Shown here in pieces: positions 1-14,822 of a stretch of DNA of 64,000 bases; position 1 is the stretch's first letter, and each line of letters begins with the position of its first letter. Location of the stretch: the NCBI RefSeq assembly GCF_009914755.1, contig NC_060926.1. One strand, written 5' to 3'. The notes under the pieces are model-generated. The model was not told the origin of the DNA. It made no database searches and was given only the letters and a program-made list of their open reading frames with translations. Source of the stretch: the human T2T-CHM13v2.0 reference genome, Homo sapiens. A program made the position numbers and the translations under genes.

Positions 1-400
1 GTTATGTTTAAATTCTCTCTACTTTGCTCACTCCTATTCCTTGTTGAAACCCCATTATTTGAGTCTTCCCCAAGGGCTTTATCCTCAGGTTCTCTTTTCA
101 GTAGACACTTGGCCCTGAGTCACCTTTGCTTAACTGTCAACCCATATTATGGGTAACCCTCTAATCTGATTTCTGTCCTCCAAGACACTTCTAGTCTCCA
201 GACCTACATTTCCAGCTGCCACCTGGATGTTCCTCATCATCTTGCACTTCTCGAGTCATCTGAAGGCTACATTTGTTTCCTTATATGTAACTGCTCCTAA
301 TTTTTCTGTTTCTATTGTCTGAGTTCAGGACCTTGCAATTATTTTTGACCCTTCCTTCCCCTTCCCCTTGCTTCAGGTTGTTCTTCAGGATGTAAAGGCT
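1..400 (+). mobile_element. L2 LINE fragment
   Basis: Degenerate L2 3'-region motifs (ctccagacctacatttccagctgccacctggatgttcc). Confidence 0.55.
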
Positions 401-419
401 CCCAACTGAGTGTACTGTT

Positions 420-665
420 ATTATTAAATCCTTCACTTTACTTAAGCTCCTACCATGTTCCAGGCACCTGTGCTAAGAGTTTTTCATTTATTATCTTAGT
501 TCCCACAATAGTTTTGTGATATTAGACACTCTTGTCCCCATTTTAAAGATAATGAAATTGAGATTCAAAGAAACTGCTTTTCCAAGGTGGCATTGCAGGT
601 AAGTGCAGAGCCATGACTCAAGCCAGTTGTGTTGTCCCTAGAGTTTGTGCTCTGAATCACTCCAC
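420..665 (-). mobile_element. MIR SINE
   Basis: MIR core-like ccccattttaaagataatgaaattgagattcaaaga. Confidence 0.7.
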
Positions 666-1009
666 TCTGCTTTCACACTTCACTGACTTGACAGTAAAGT
701 CCCAACTCATTAAGTTGGCATTTAGGGCTCTTGACATCTTGATCTTCCTTTCTCCCTCTTGTTGTATATTTTCACGATTATTTGCCATTCCTAAAGGAGA
801 ATTTGCATTTTCTTATCTCTTTGCTTTTCCATATGTTCTTTCTCAGCTTAGATACCTCTTTTTCATGTGTACCTGTCAGAATCCTGAAGGAGACAGGGCA
901 GTGTAGTGGAATAAGCCAGGGCTCCGGAGTCCAGTGGATCTGCTTTCTGCTTTCCCTCATAGTCCTGGTCTCTTCTACAAAGGGCTGGACCAGTTCACAT
1001 TCACACTAG

Positions 1010-1440
1010 ATATGTACTGCTGTGTGTTCTTGCTAGCATTTGGTATTATCAGAATTTTTGGGTTTTGCCCATCTGTGGGTTTGTAGTGATATCTCATTGT
1101 GGCTTTAATTTGCATTTCTCTGACTAATAAGGCAGAGCACCTTTCCATCTTTATTGCTACATGGCATCTCTATTTTGTGAAGTATTTTAAGCCTTTTCTT
1201 CCATTTTTCTATTGGATTATTTGTCTTTTATTGATCTATAGTAGTTCTTTATATATTCTGGATATGAGCTCCTCTGTGGCTTGCCTTTTAAAATTTCTTT
1301 TATTATATCTTAGAATAAAAAGAAGTTTTAATAGAGTTGAATTTATCATTATTTTTCTTTCGTGGCAGTGTTTTTTATATATATTTAAAACATATTTCCC
1401 AACATATTTTCTCACGTTTTCTAAAATTCTGCCAGCTTTT
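1010..1440 (-). mobile_element. Old L1 (L1M) fragment
   Basis: gatatctcattgtggctttaatttgcatttctctgacta is the antisense L1 ORF2 3' motif. Confidence 0.7.
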
Positions 1441-2523
1441 TAGATTACATCTTCCTTAGCTATTTCCCACTCCCAGTATTGCATAGTGTCTCTGACCCGG
1501 CAAGTGTTCTTGTCTTTGAAATAGGATGCTACAAGGCATTTTGCCATTCCTCTGCCAACACAAGGCCTGTGTTCCCCTTAAAATGCTGACATCATGCTAT
1601 ACCCAGCCTACTTTTCCAGCAGGGTGTCTCTTCTTCTCCTGTGTCTCTGAACTCAGGATTCTGGGCTTAGTTCTGTTCCTTTAAGTGGAGAGCCTCTCAT
1701 AGCTGCCCCTCAGTTTCAGCCATCCTTCATGGTTTTTCTGGGTGCCCTCCACCCCTACCCACTGCCCCACCATGGGTCCTGCTGTAGAGGCCAGGTTGCT
1801 GTTCTCTGTCTTCCGGAGCATAGGGAATCCTGCCTGATGGAGAAAGCCTTACTTTTTCCTTTCAGCACACTGCCATACCACTCTTAGTGCCCAATTTTAC
1901 CTTCCAAAAAAAAAAAAAACAGTAGATAGATTACAGATCTGTGCTTGGTAAAACTAACTTCAGGATGTATCTGACACAAGTTTCTGTGTGTGTGTGTTTG
2001 GGAGTTGGGGGTGAGGTCAAATAGATTAAAATAAGTATTGTAATGTGCTATTTCTAGAGCATTTTTAGTGGCTGCAAATGCCATTTATTTCTTATCAATA
2101 CTCCTCAGTTGATATCTGTCTATATTTTCACTGCTTATTTTTATCAGCAGGGTTTTATGTGATGCCCATCCCACCCTGTTCATGGAAAAAGACTGAGAGT
2201 GAAAAAGTTCTTTATGATCCAGTGATTTGATTCTCCCACTAATCTGTTTCTGTCCTGTCCTTCAGAGATTAGACTAAATCTCCAAGGGAGAAATAATCCC
2301 ATTTGCAGCATGCACTCAGGTAATAAGTGCAGTCAGCTGCCCCACCCTTGCAGGTCTATGGAGAAACCAGAAGAATTTAAAAAGTCCTCAGTTAACCATG
2401 TCAGTAATATATCTGCTATCCTCAGGGCCCCTTTTTTCACGCTGAGCCCAGAGTTCTCCAAAATATTGGCCAGCCTGAACTGGTATCCTTCAGCACCAGG
2501 CCCTTTACTGTACTTTGTTATAG

Positions 2524-2964
<441 letters not shown>

Positions 2965-3239
2965 TAGATATGCCCTTCCCCCCCGCCCCGCTCCCCGGGA
3001 GGAAGGGTTTACAGCTTTCATCTGATTCTCAGAGGGATCTGCTAACTTTCAAAGTTGAGAACCACTGATTTAGACTTCTTAACTCTTTCAAAGACAACCC
3101 CATGGAAGAAAGCCTCTTACTTTACAGAGTCAAGGAAAATTGGGCTACTAGTTTCTAACCCACATACCCTTGTGCTTGAAAACTTTTCTGAAAGCTCTTG
3201 CATCTTGATAATCTACTATGTGCATTTTATTGTTCTTCT

Positions 3240-6717
<3,478 letters not shown>

Positions 6718-6909
6718 TGAGATGGTTAGAGAGTACACAGGTTTTGAGTCCTGTGATCTCATAATGATCTTTTCCCCCCATACCTTTTGTTCTTTTCTTA
6801 TGTGTTTTAGGATAATAACATAGAATAAAATGCTTTAAAGAAGTAACACATTAATTTATATTTTAATTGCACAGTTTTGAATGACTTAATTTATTAAGTC
6901 CTATTACCT

Positions 6910-7246
6910 CAGGAGTCTCCAGCCCCTGGGCCATGGACTGGTACTGGTCTGTGGCCTGTTAGGAACTGGACCACACAGCAGGAGGTGAGCAGTGGGCAAG
7001 TGAGCATTACCGCTTGAGCCCCGCCTCCTGTCAGATCAGCAGGGGCATTAGATTCTCGTAGGAGCATGAACTCTACTATGAACTGTGCATGCAAGAGATC
7101 TAGGTTGCATGCTCCTTATGAGAATCTAATGCTTGATGGTCTGAGATGGAGCAGTTTCATCCCGTAACAGCCCCCTACTTCTGGTCTGTGGAAAAATTGT
7201 CTTCCACAAAACCAGTCCCTGGCACTGAAAAGGTTGGAGACTGCTG
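6910..7246 (+). mobile_element. MER1B (hAT-Charlie DNA transposon)
   Basis: Termini caggagtctccagcc...ggttggagactgctg and internal inverted repeat cattagattctcgtaggagc / gctccttatgagaatctaatg. Confidence 0.85.
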
Positions 7247-7415
7247 CCTTGTAGCATTTTTTGGTTTAGTAACTCAAAAGTGAATTTAGTCCCTACAACA
7301 CTAATTCTTCAGTATAAACCATGAAGATTATCACAAAATCAGACGTAGGTTAGTTTTTGAATATGCTCTACAGTTAAGCTTGCTGTACTCTGGTTGTTGC
7401 TTTCCACTGATCTTC

Positions 7416-7776
7416 TGTATTAGTCCATTTTCATAATGTTGATAAAGACATAACCAGGACTAGGCAATTTACAAAAGAAAGAGGTTAATGGATTCACATT
7501 TCCACGTGGCTGGGGAGGCCTTCCAGTCGTGGCAGAAGGTGAAAGGCACATTTCACATGGCGGCCTACAAAGGAAGAGGACTTGTTCAGGGAAACTCCCC
7601 TTTATAAAACCATCAGATCATGTGAGACTTATTCACTATCATGAGAACAGCACAGGAAAGACCCACCCCCCCCATGATTCAATTACCTCCCACCTGGTCC
7701 CTCCCATGACACATTGGAATTGTGGGAGCTACAAGTCAAGATGAGATTTGGGTGGGGGCACAGCCAAACCATGTCG
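7416..7776 (-). mobile_element. THE1 solo LTR (MaLR)
   Basis: tgtattagtcc...cagccaaaccatgtc, with 5-bp TSD-like tcttc/ccttc. Confidence 0.9.
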
Positions 7777-7895
7777 CCTTCTCTTCCCATTCTCTTCTTA
7801 AACTTCGTATGCATGAGCCAAAGCATAAATTATTAAGTAAGTAGGCAGGCAGAATCACGCTGATTACAATTTATACCCCCCCCCCACACATATAC

Positions 7896-8064
7896 ATACA
7901 TGCAGAGAAAGACCTTTCACTGTGAGAAAGTTCAACCTGCAGATTGTATAACAAAGTCAGAATTCTGGTACCTATGATATTTCTCCGTGGTTGGTGGGAA
8001 CCAAATCCTTTGTGGAACCACTAGTGGCAGAAATAAATACAAAATAGAACCTAAAGGCCTGAGC
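7896..8064 (+). repeat. Copy 1 of a local ~170-bp duplication
   Basis: About 95% identical to 10997-11166 by manual alignment. Confidence 0.95.
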
Positions 8065-8089
8065 TCTTTGCATAATGTCTTCTTCTTCT

Positions 8090-8386
8090 TTTTTTTTTTT
8101 TTTTGAGACAGAGTCTCACTCTGTTGCCCAGGCTGGAGTGCAGTGGCGTGATCTCAGCTCACTGCAACCTCTGCCCCCTGGGCTCAAGTGATTCTCTTGC
8201 CTCAGCCTCCTGAGTAGCTGGGATTACACACGTGTGCCACCACACCCAGCTAATTTTTGTATTTTTAGTAGAGACAGGGTTTCACCATGTTGGCCAGGCT
8301 GGTCTTGAACTCCTGACTGCAAGTGATCTGCCTGCATTGTCCTTCCAAAGTGCTGGGATTACAGGTGTGAGCCACCACGCCAGGCC
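8090..8386 (-). mobile_element. AluS
   Basis: Alu consensus, with TSD cataatgtctt. Confidence 0.95.
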
Positions 8387-8843
8387 CATAATGTCTTTCC
8401 AGGAGACTACCTTTTACCTGCTAGACCAACTGCAGCATGACAGTTGCTTTCTTGCCCAGAACTTCTCTCTCTGAGATAAAGTATGTATGGGGATGATACA
8501 GGAAAAACCATTAAACCCGAGATTGTATATAGCCACCATGCTTTAGACATAGGGTATACACCTGTGCCTTCTGCCTGTGCTTAGGCTGCTCTGACAGTAC
8601 CCAAGGTTGTATTAGTTCTTTGAGGATGGTCAGGGGCAGATGTTCCTAAATATTTCTGAATTTGCCAGGCATATTTAAGGAAATTGAATGAATTTGTTGA
8701 TTTGAGTGATATCGGATTCTTTTTCTGCTGTAACTTGTCAGTAAATTTTCTTATTTTTGGATGATCTTCTTTGGGTCAGTTATGAAAACAAGGCTTATGT
8801 GGTAAAGCAGAAGTGCAGATGGGGGAGCTGGTTTTTTAATTGT

Positions 8844-9102
8844 ACAGGCTGTGTATTCCTTATCCAGAATAAGGAATTCTTATCCAAAATAAGGTCCTTT
8901 TTGGGACCAGAAGTGTTTTTTTTGGGTTTGGGATGTTTTTCGGATTTTGGAATATTTACATTATACCAGTTGAGCATCCTAAATCCTAAAATCTGAAATC
9001 TGAAATGCTTCACTGAGCATATCTTTTGATTGTCATGTTGATGCTCAAAAAGTTTCAGATTTCAGACCATTTTGGATTTTCAGATTAGGGATGTTCAACC
9101 TG
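8844..9102 (-). mobile_element. Tigger4a/MER46-like DNA transposon
   Basis: TIR-like caggctgtgtattccttatcc / gattagggatgttcaacctg and repeated aaatctg motifs. Confidence 0.75.
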
Positions 9103-9689
9103 TGTATCAGTGCCCTAGCTGTAGCTTCACTCACATGAGCTCTTGCAGGAAGGGCCCTGCGGGAATCTTTTTGGAGATTGCTGGCCTGGCCAGTAGAACT
9201 TTTTTGTAGTATTAAAGAGAGGGAGATATGTCTGTTTCTAACTTCCCATTGACAGATGAATGGACAAATGAATGTATGAATCTGACATGAGTCAAAACAA
9301 GCAAAAAAGAAAATTTTATTAAATATACTCAGGGACTGGGAACCAAGTTTTTAAAAAAGTTTGCTCAAAAGTTTTGAGCACAGTTTTGCTCAAAAAAAAA
9401 AAAGCATTGTTTACAAGTTTTTCTATTACTATATTTTTATGGAGTCAATTTTTACAAACTGAGGATATATTCTTACCTTTATTCTGATCGTTCTTTGTAA
9501 TATTTTACTTTGGTTTTCTGAGTTGATATTATAATATTAATTGTCTAGGAATGGTTATGTTAATTGAACCTACTGTATTAAAATGCTTTAGGAAAGATTT
9601 AATAACTTTTTCTCTCTTGTATAAGGTGAAGATCTTTCACTAAGCATGATCTTTGTGTTACTTTTAATTAGAACATTAGACCTATCAAA

Positions 9690-10060
9690 TATAAACATGG
9701 TGAAACTGCTAGAGCTCTCTTACTTCATTCAGGTCTCTGCTCAAATGCTGCTTCCTCTAAGCAGTATTTCCTAATCACCCTACTGATAAACTAGGCACAC
9801 CCTCTCCATTATTCTCTCATTTACTTAACGAGCTTTCTCATTCTTTCAATATATTTAATTGCGCTTCTCACTAGTCGACTTTTGATTGTGTTCACTGTTC
9901 TGCCCTTGGCACCTAGAACAGTTTCTGGCACCATGAAAGGGACTCCATAATGACTTGTTGAATGAGTAAATTGTTCATCATTTGTCACCCCACTAGGATG
10001 TAGGACTCATGACGGTGCCTGGCACGAGGTGGGCATTCCAACATTTGTTTGAAAGAATAA
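9690..10060 (+). mobile_element. L2 3' end fragments
   Basis: caggtctctgctcaaatg...gcacctagaacagtttctggcac...ttgttgaatgagt. Confidence 0.65.
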
Positions 10061-10384
10061 AAGGAATGTTTACAAGTAGTGATCAAATTCATTTTTTATA
10101 TTTATGTATATACAGGTGATCATTTAAGTTTTAATTATATGTTTAAATTGAACATAGGTATTTATCATATAGAAATAGATTATTAAAAAGGATGCAGTAT
10201 TCAAGTAACATCCAAGAACCTACAAAATCTGCTGCTTTTTTGCTAATGTGGATGGGCAGATTTACATGTAGGGTCACAATTTTTTTCAGTGACTCAATAA
10301 CACCTGGTGTATTTTAATATAGTGTCCATAGACATCAGAGTGCTGTATGTGACAAACTCATAAAATGGATTAGTATCTGGATTG

Positions 10385-10688
10385 GTTTTTTATTTTATTT
10401 TATTTTATTTTTTTTAGAGCTAGAATATCCCTTTGTCGCCCAGGCTGGAGTGCTGTGGCGTGATCATAGCTTACTGTAACTCCTAACTCCTAGGCTCAAG
10501 TAATCTTCCCACTTCAGCCTCCCAAGTAGCTAGGACTACAGGCGCCCTGCCCCCCAACTATGCCTGGTTGATTTTTAAATTTTTTTTAGAGGCAAGGTCT
10601 CAATATGTTGCCCAGGCCGGTCTTAAACTCCTCCTGCCTTGGCCTCCCATAGCTCTGAGATTACAGGTGTGAGTCACTGTGCCTGGCC
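10385..10688 (-). mobile_element. AluJ
   Basis: gtgatcatagcttactgtaac...ggctcaagtaatc (J diagnostics). Confidence 0.9.
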
Positions 10689-10740
10689 TGGATTTTTTTC
10701 CTCTACTTGCTTCATTAGTATTGTAGTGTAAATGTCCATC

Positions 10741-10951
10741 AGTGTGTGTGTGCTTTATACGTATATACGTATATATACACACGTATAGACGTGTATACGT
10801 ATATATACACACGTATAGACGTGTATACGTATATATACACACGTATAGACGTGTATACGTGTATATACATATACGTATATATGTATACATATATACATAT
10901 GTATATGTATATGCATATGCATATGTATATATACATATATGTATATATATG

Positions 10952-10984
<33 letters not shown>

Positions 10985-10996
10985 GTATATATACAT
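10741..10996. repeat. Compound alternating purine-pyrimidine tandem repeat, including three 30-bp units (10771-10860)
   Basis: ATATATACACACGTATAGACGTGTATACGT x3, then (TATATG)n-type runs. Confidence 0.95.
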
Positions 10997-11166
10997 ATAC
11001 ATGCAGAGAAAGACCTTTCACTGTGAGAAAGTTCAGCCTGCAGATTGTATAACAAAGTCAGAATTCTGGTACCTGTGATATTTTCTCCATGGTTGATGGG
11101 AACCAAATCCTTTGTGGAACCATTAGTGGCAGAAATAAATACATAATAGAAACTAAAGGCCTGAGC
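10997..11166 (+). repeat. Copy 2 of the local ~170-bp duplication
   Basis: Matches 7896-8064 with about 7 substitutions and 1 indel. Confidence 0.95.
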
Positions 11167-11171
11167 CTTTA

Positions 11172-11231
11172 AATATATATATATATATGTGTGTGTGTGT
11201 ATATATATATATATACACATATATATATATG

Positions 11232-11275
<44 letters not shown>
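11172..11275. repeat. (TA)n(TG)n compound microsatellite
   Basis: Directly visible. Confidence 0.95.
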
Positions 11276-11568
<293 letters not shown>

Positions 11569-12074
11569 AATAAAGCTTTATATTTTTATAAGAACATTTT
11601 ATAAACTCTTGTTCACACTTAATTTTGTTTTTTTTCCACTTCATCTTGTATTCTTGTGGTTTCCTTGGTTTCCTTTAGGAACACTGTGGCATACTTTGTT
11701 GAGTTCTTTTATCATTCCCTAACTTACTAATTGTTCCTATATGGTGAGGGTTTATGAAGCAGCATGGTACTACTTCTGGTATTCAGGGCCTTTGGGGAGA
11801 GGGGATGAAAATGTAGATCAGAAATATGAGAAGTGGATAAGGCATTAATTTGGGGCATCCTGAAGAGCTGAGTGTCAGCCTGGCTTTGCTGGATTGATTA
11901 TGTGCATTAGGTGGTCTGTGCTTCTGGAAAATAAAGATCCTTTTTTGAACTACATGATTAGTGTCCAATACCGTTAGCTTCTGAATATGCAGTTTCTTCC
12001 TTAGAAAAGAAAAATCTGCTCTTTTTTTTTTTTCCTCTCTCAGTGATTTAGCAGAATTTTTCTGTTTTCTTTAG

Positions 12075-12309
12075 GTAGTTAAACCAGAGAGCAATGACAA
12101 AGAAACAGAAGCTGCGTATGAATCAGATATCCCCGAGGAGCTCTGTGGACACCATCTCCCGCAACAGTCCCTGAAAAGCTATAATGACAGTCCTGATGTC
12201 ATTGTAGAGGCTCAGTTTGATGGCAGCGACTCAGAAGATGGACATGGCATCACACAAAATGTGCTGGTTGATGGTGTTAAGAAACTCTCAGTTTGTGTTT
12301 CTGAGAAAG
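12075..12309 (+). CDS. DIS3L2: DIS3L2 internal coding exon (exon 6 by recall), acidic insertion region in the N-terminal cold-shock part
   Basis: Acceptor ttttctttAG ends at 12074 and donor GTGAGT starts at 12310. The open frame reads [79 protein letters not shown]. Its phase-1 end joins the next exon in frame. Confidence 0.96.
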
Positions 12310-12706
12310 GTGAGTACTAGACTATTGTCTTACTTTTTTTTTAAGTACACTGATTAAGTATTGGAATTCCCTCTCTGCTGCAGAGTAAATAACACAATGC
12401 CATTGATATAGTCCTAATTTTTGACCTGTGGCAGCTTTCAGAAAAGGGGGATCTTTGACAGGTTTAGCTGCTGGTTATGAAAGAGGGGATGAAAGTGCTT
12501 CCAGCGGTTTGTGTGGGCAGTAGTTGCAGTTGCCACATTCCTAATAGGCTTGAGCTGTGTTGCTGGTTAACGTTGACATCTCTTGCGATAGGCGCAATCC
12601 TGTGGATGATGTGAACACAATTAAACTGGTATGTAAAATTCATATGAAAAATCACTTTATTTTACTTTCAGTTTTACTTTAAATATCTTTTAGAAGTATT
12701 TTTGTC

Positions 12707-13163
12707 GGCTGGGCACAGTGGCTCACGCCTGTAATCCCAGCACTTTGGGAGGCCGAGGCGGGCGGATCACGAGGTCAGGAGATCGAGACCATCCTGGCTA
12801 ACATGGTGAAACCCTGTCTCTACTAAAAATGCAAAAAAATTAGCCAGGCGTGGGCCGGGCGCGGTGGCTCACGCCTGTAATCCCAGCACTTTGGGAGGCC
12901 GAGGTGGGCGGATCACGAGGTCAGGAGATCAAGACCATCCTGGCTAACACGTTGAAAGCCCGTCTCTACTAAAAATACAAAAAAAAAAAAAAAAAAAAAA
13001 ATAGCCGGGAGTTGTGGCGGGCACCTGTAGTCCCAGCTACTCGGGAGGCTGAGGCAGGAGAATGGCGTGAACCTGGGTGGTGGAGCTTGCGGTGAGCCTA
13101 GATTGTGCCACTGCACTCCAGCCTGGGTGACAGAGTGAGACTCCGTCTCAAAAAAAAAAAAAA
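12707..13163 (+). mobile_element. AluY with an extra left monomer (left-left-right)
   Basis: Left arm at 12707-12852 is followed directly by a complete AluY. TSD-like aagtatttttgtc / aagttttttttgtc flanks the whole unit. Confidence 0.93.
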
Positions 13164-14531
13164 GTTTTTTTTGTCATTTCTGGTGGGCATGGATCACCCA
13201 AAATTTTATAAACAAATAGCCTTAGAAAGTATTTTGATTCTAAGCCTTTTAAAAAGCCAGTTTTGTTTTCTCTGATTGAAATCTAAGCCATGGGCCCTCT
13301 GGATGCAGAAAAAAAGCAGTTGTAAACACATGAGAGCTGTGACCACGGACCCTACCTGACCACACTTGAAGAGACTTAAGGAAAATATTAAGTACAATTT
13401 GAATATTTCAAGTTAGAGATTTTGAAGAAATTCTACATAGAAGGAGTATATTTTCTAGCCAAATCGAATTTTATGTATACTATTAATGGAAACCGACCAA
13501 CTCTGACCTGGCCAGGCTGACTAGATAATGAGCTTTGTTATCAAGAAGAAGTTTCTGGCACAGTTCCCATGAAAGGCTAGGAGAAATGCCAGAAGATTTC
13601 TAAAGGAGGATGTTCAGCAGACAACTCGTTTAGGGACTGGTGAGCATATGTCCCCCCAGCGTAAAGAAAGCCGAAGGTATCTTCAGGACATGACTGGAGA
13701 AGGATGACTGCTTTTCTCCATTGCTGAGGAGGTAGTGATCTGTGAAAGAAAGCATTTTTTGAAAGCATGTGTCCTTTTTGGTGCCAAGTACTCATTCAGA
13801 ATGACTTTCCAACTTTGAAATTCTTCTTGACTGAAGAGGCTACTACTTCCTGTGTCAGGTACTGCTATGGGCCCCACCAGGTATCACTGCCTTCAGGGTA
13901 CCCAGGTTCCTTTTGTTTGGGGACACGTTTAGGTAACTAGTGGTTTCCCTGTTTAGAGCTCAGCCAGTTCCTTTTGGATGCTATTCCTTGACATTTTATT
14001 CTTGCGATTTTTCTACTTTCTTTTCTTTAAAAATAGTCGAATACTGTGACATTCCTCTTAAAGTAAATGTGTATTATCGTAATCACATCAGTACTATGAG
14101 TCATGTATTTTCAGTGAGAAGAGTGGCAAATAACCAGGACTCTAAGTAGCCAAATCCTTCATTAACAAGATCAGCAAGGAAGAGAGATATTCACAGGATA
14201 AAGCCAGGCAAAGGAACACTTTAAAGCATATTGAGTATTTGGCTTAAAACTACTTCGTGGAAACCCAGCTCTGGTGATAGGCTTGGCAGATCTCAGCAGC
14301 CTCTTTTCCTCTGGGCTCCAAGTGAAGGGATAAGACACATTGATCTCTCATTAGTGGTTGGTACAAATATAAGGACAAGGAAATACTGATGGATGGAAGT
14401 GACAGCAGAATGGATGTCTGGGTTGGATGCTAACGGTTTACTTTGCTGGCATCCAACCCAGAGTTTTGCGAAACTCTGATGCTATACCTCCTCTTGATTC
14501 ACCCTCTATTATAATTCTTCCCCCACACTCC

Positions 14532-14822
14532 TTTTGAGATAGGGTCTCACTTTTTTGCCCAGGCTAGAGTGCAATGGTGTCATCATAGCTCACTGCAGCC
14601 TTGTCCTCCTGGGCTCAGGCGATCTTCCTGCCTCAGCCTCCTGAGTAGCTGGGACTAAAGTGTGCACCACCACACCCAGATAATTTTTGTTGTTGTTGTT
14701 GTTGTTTTTTAATACAGCCCTGTTGTTGCCAGGGCTAGTCTTGAACTCCTGGCCTCAAGCGATCCTCCTGCTTTGGCCTCCCAAAGCGCTGGGATTACAG
14801 GTGTGAGCCATTGTGCCTGGCC
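14532..14822 (-). mobile_element. AluJ
   Basis: catcatagctcactgcagcc (J diagnostic). Confidence 0.9.

Noticed and set aside
7896-8064. Duplicated 170-mer as an intronic snoRNA pair
   Set aside because: I found no convincing terminal C/D boxes or H/ACA two-hairpin layout. An Rfam search would be needed to exclude it fully.
10771-10860. 30-bp partly palindromic repeats resembling a CRISPR array
   Set aside because: The units are directly adjacent with no spacers, the context is a eukaryotic intron, and there are no cas genes.
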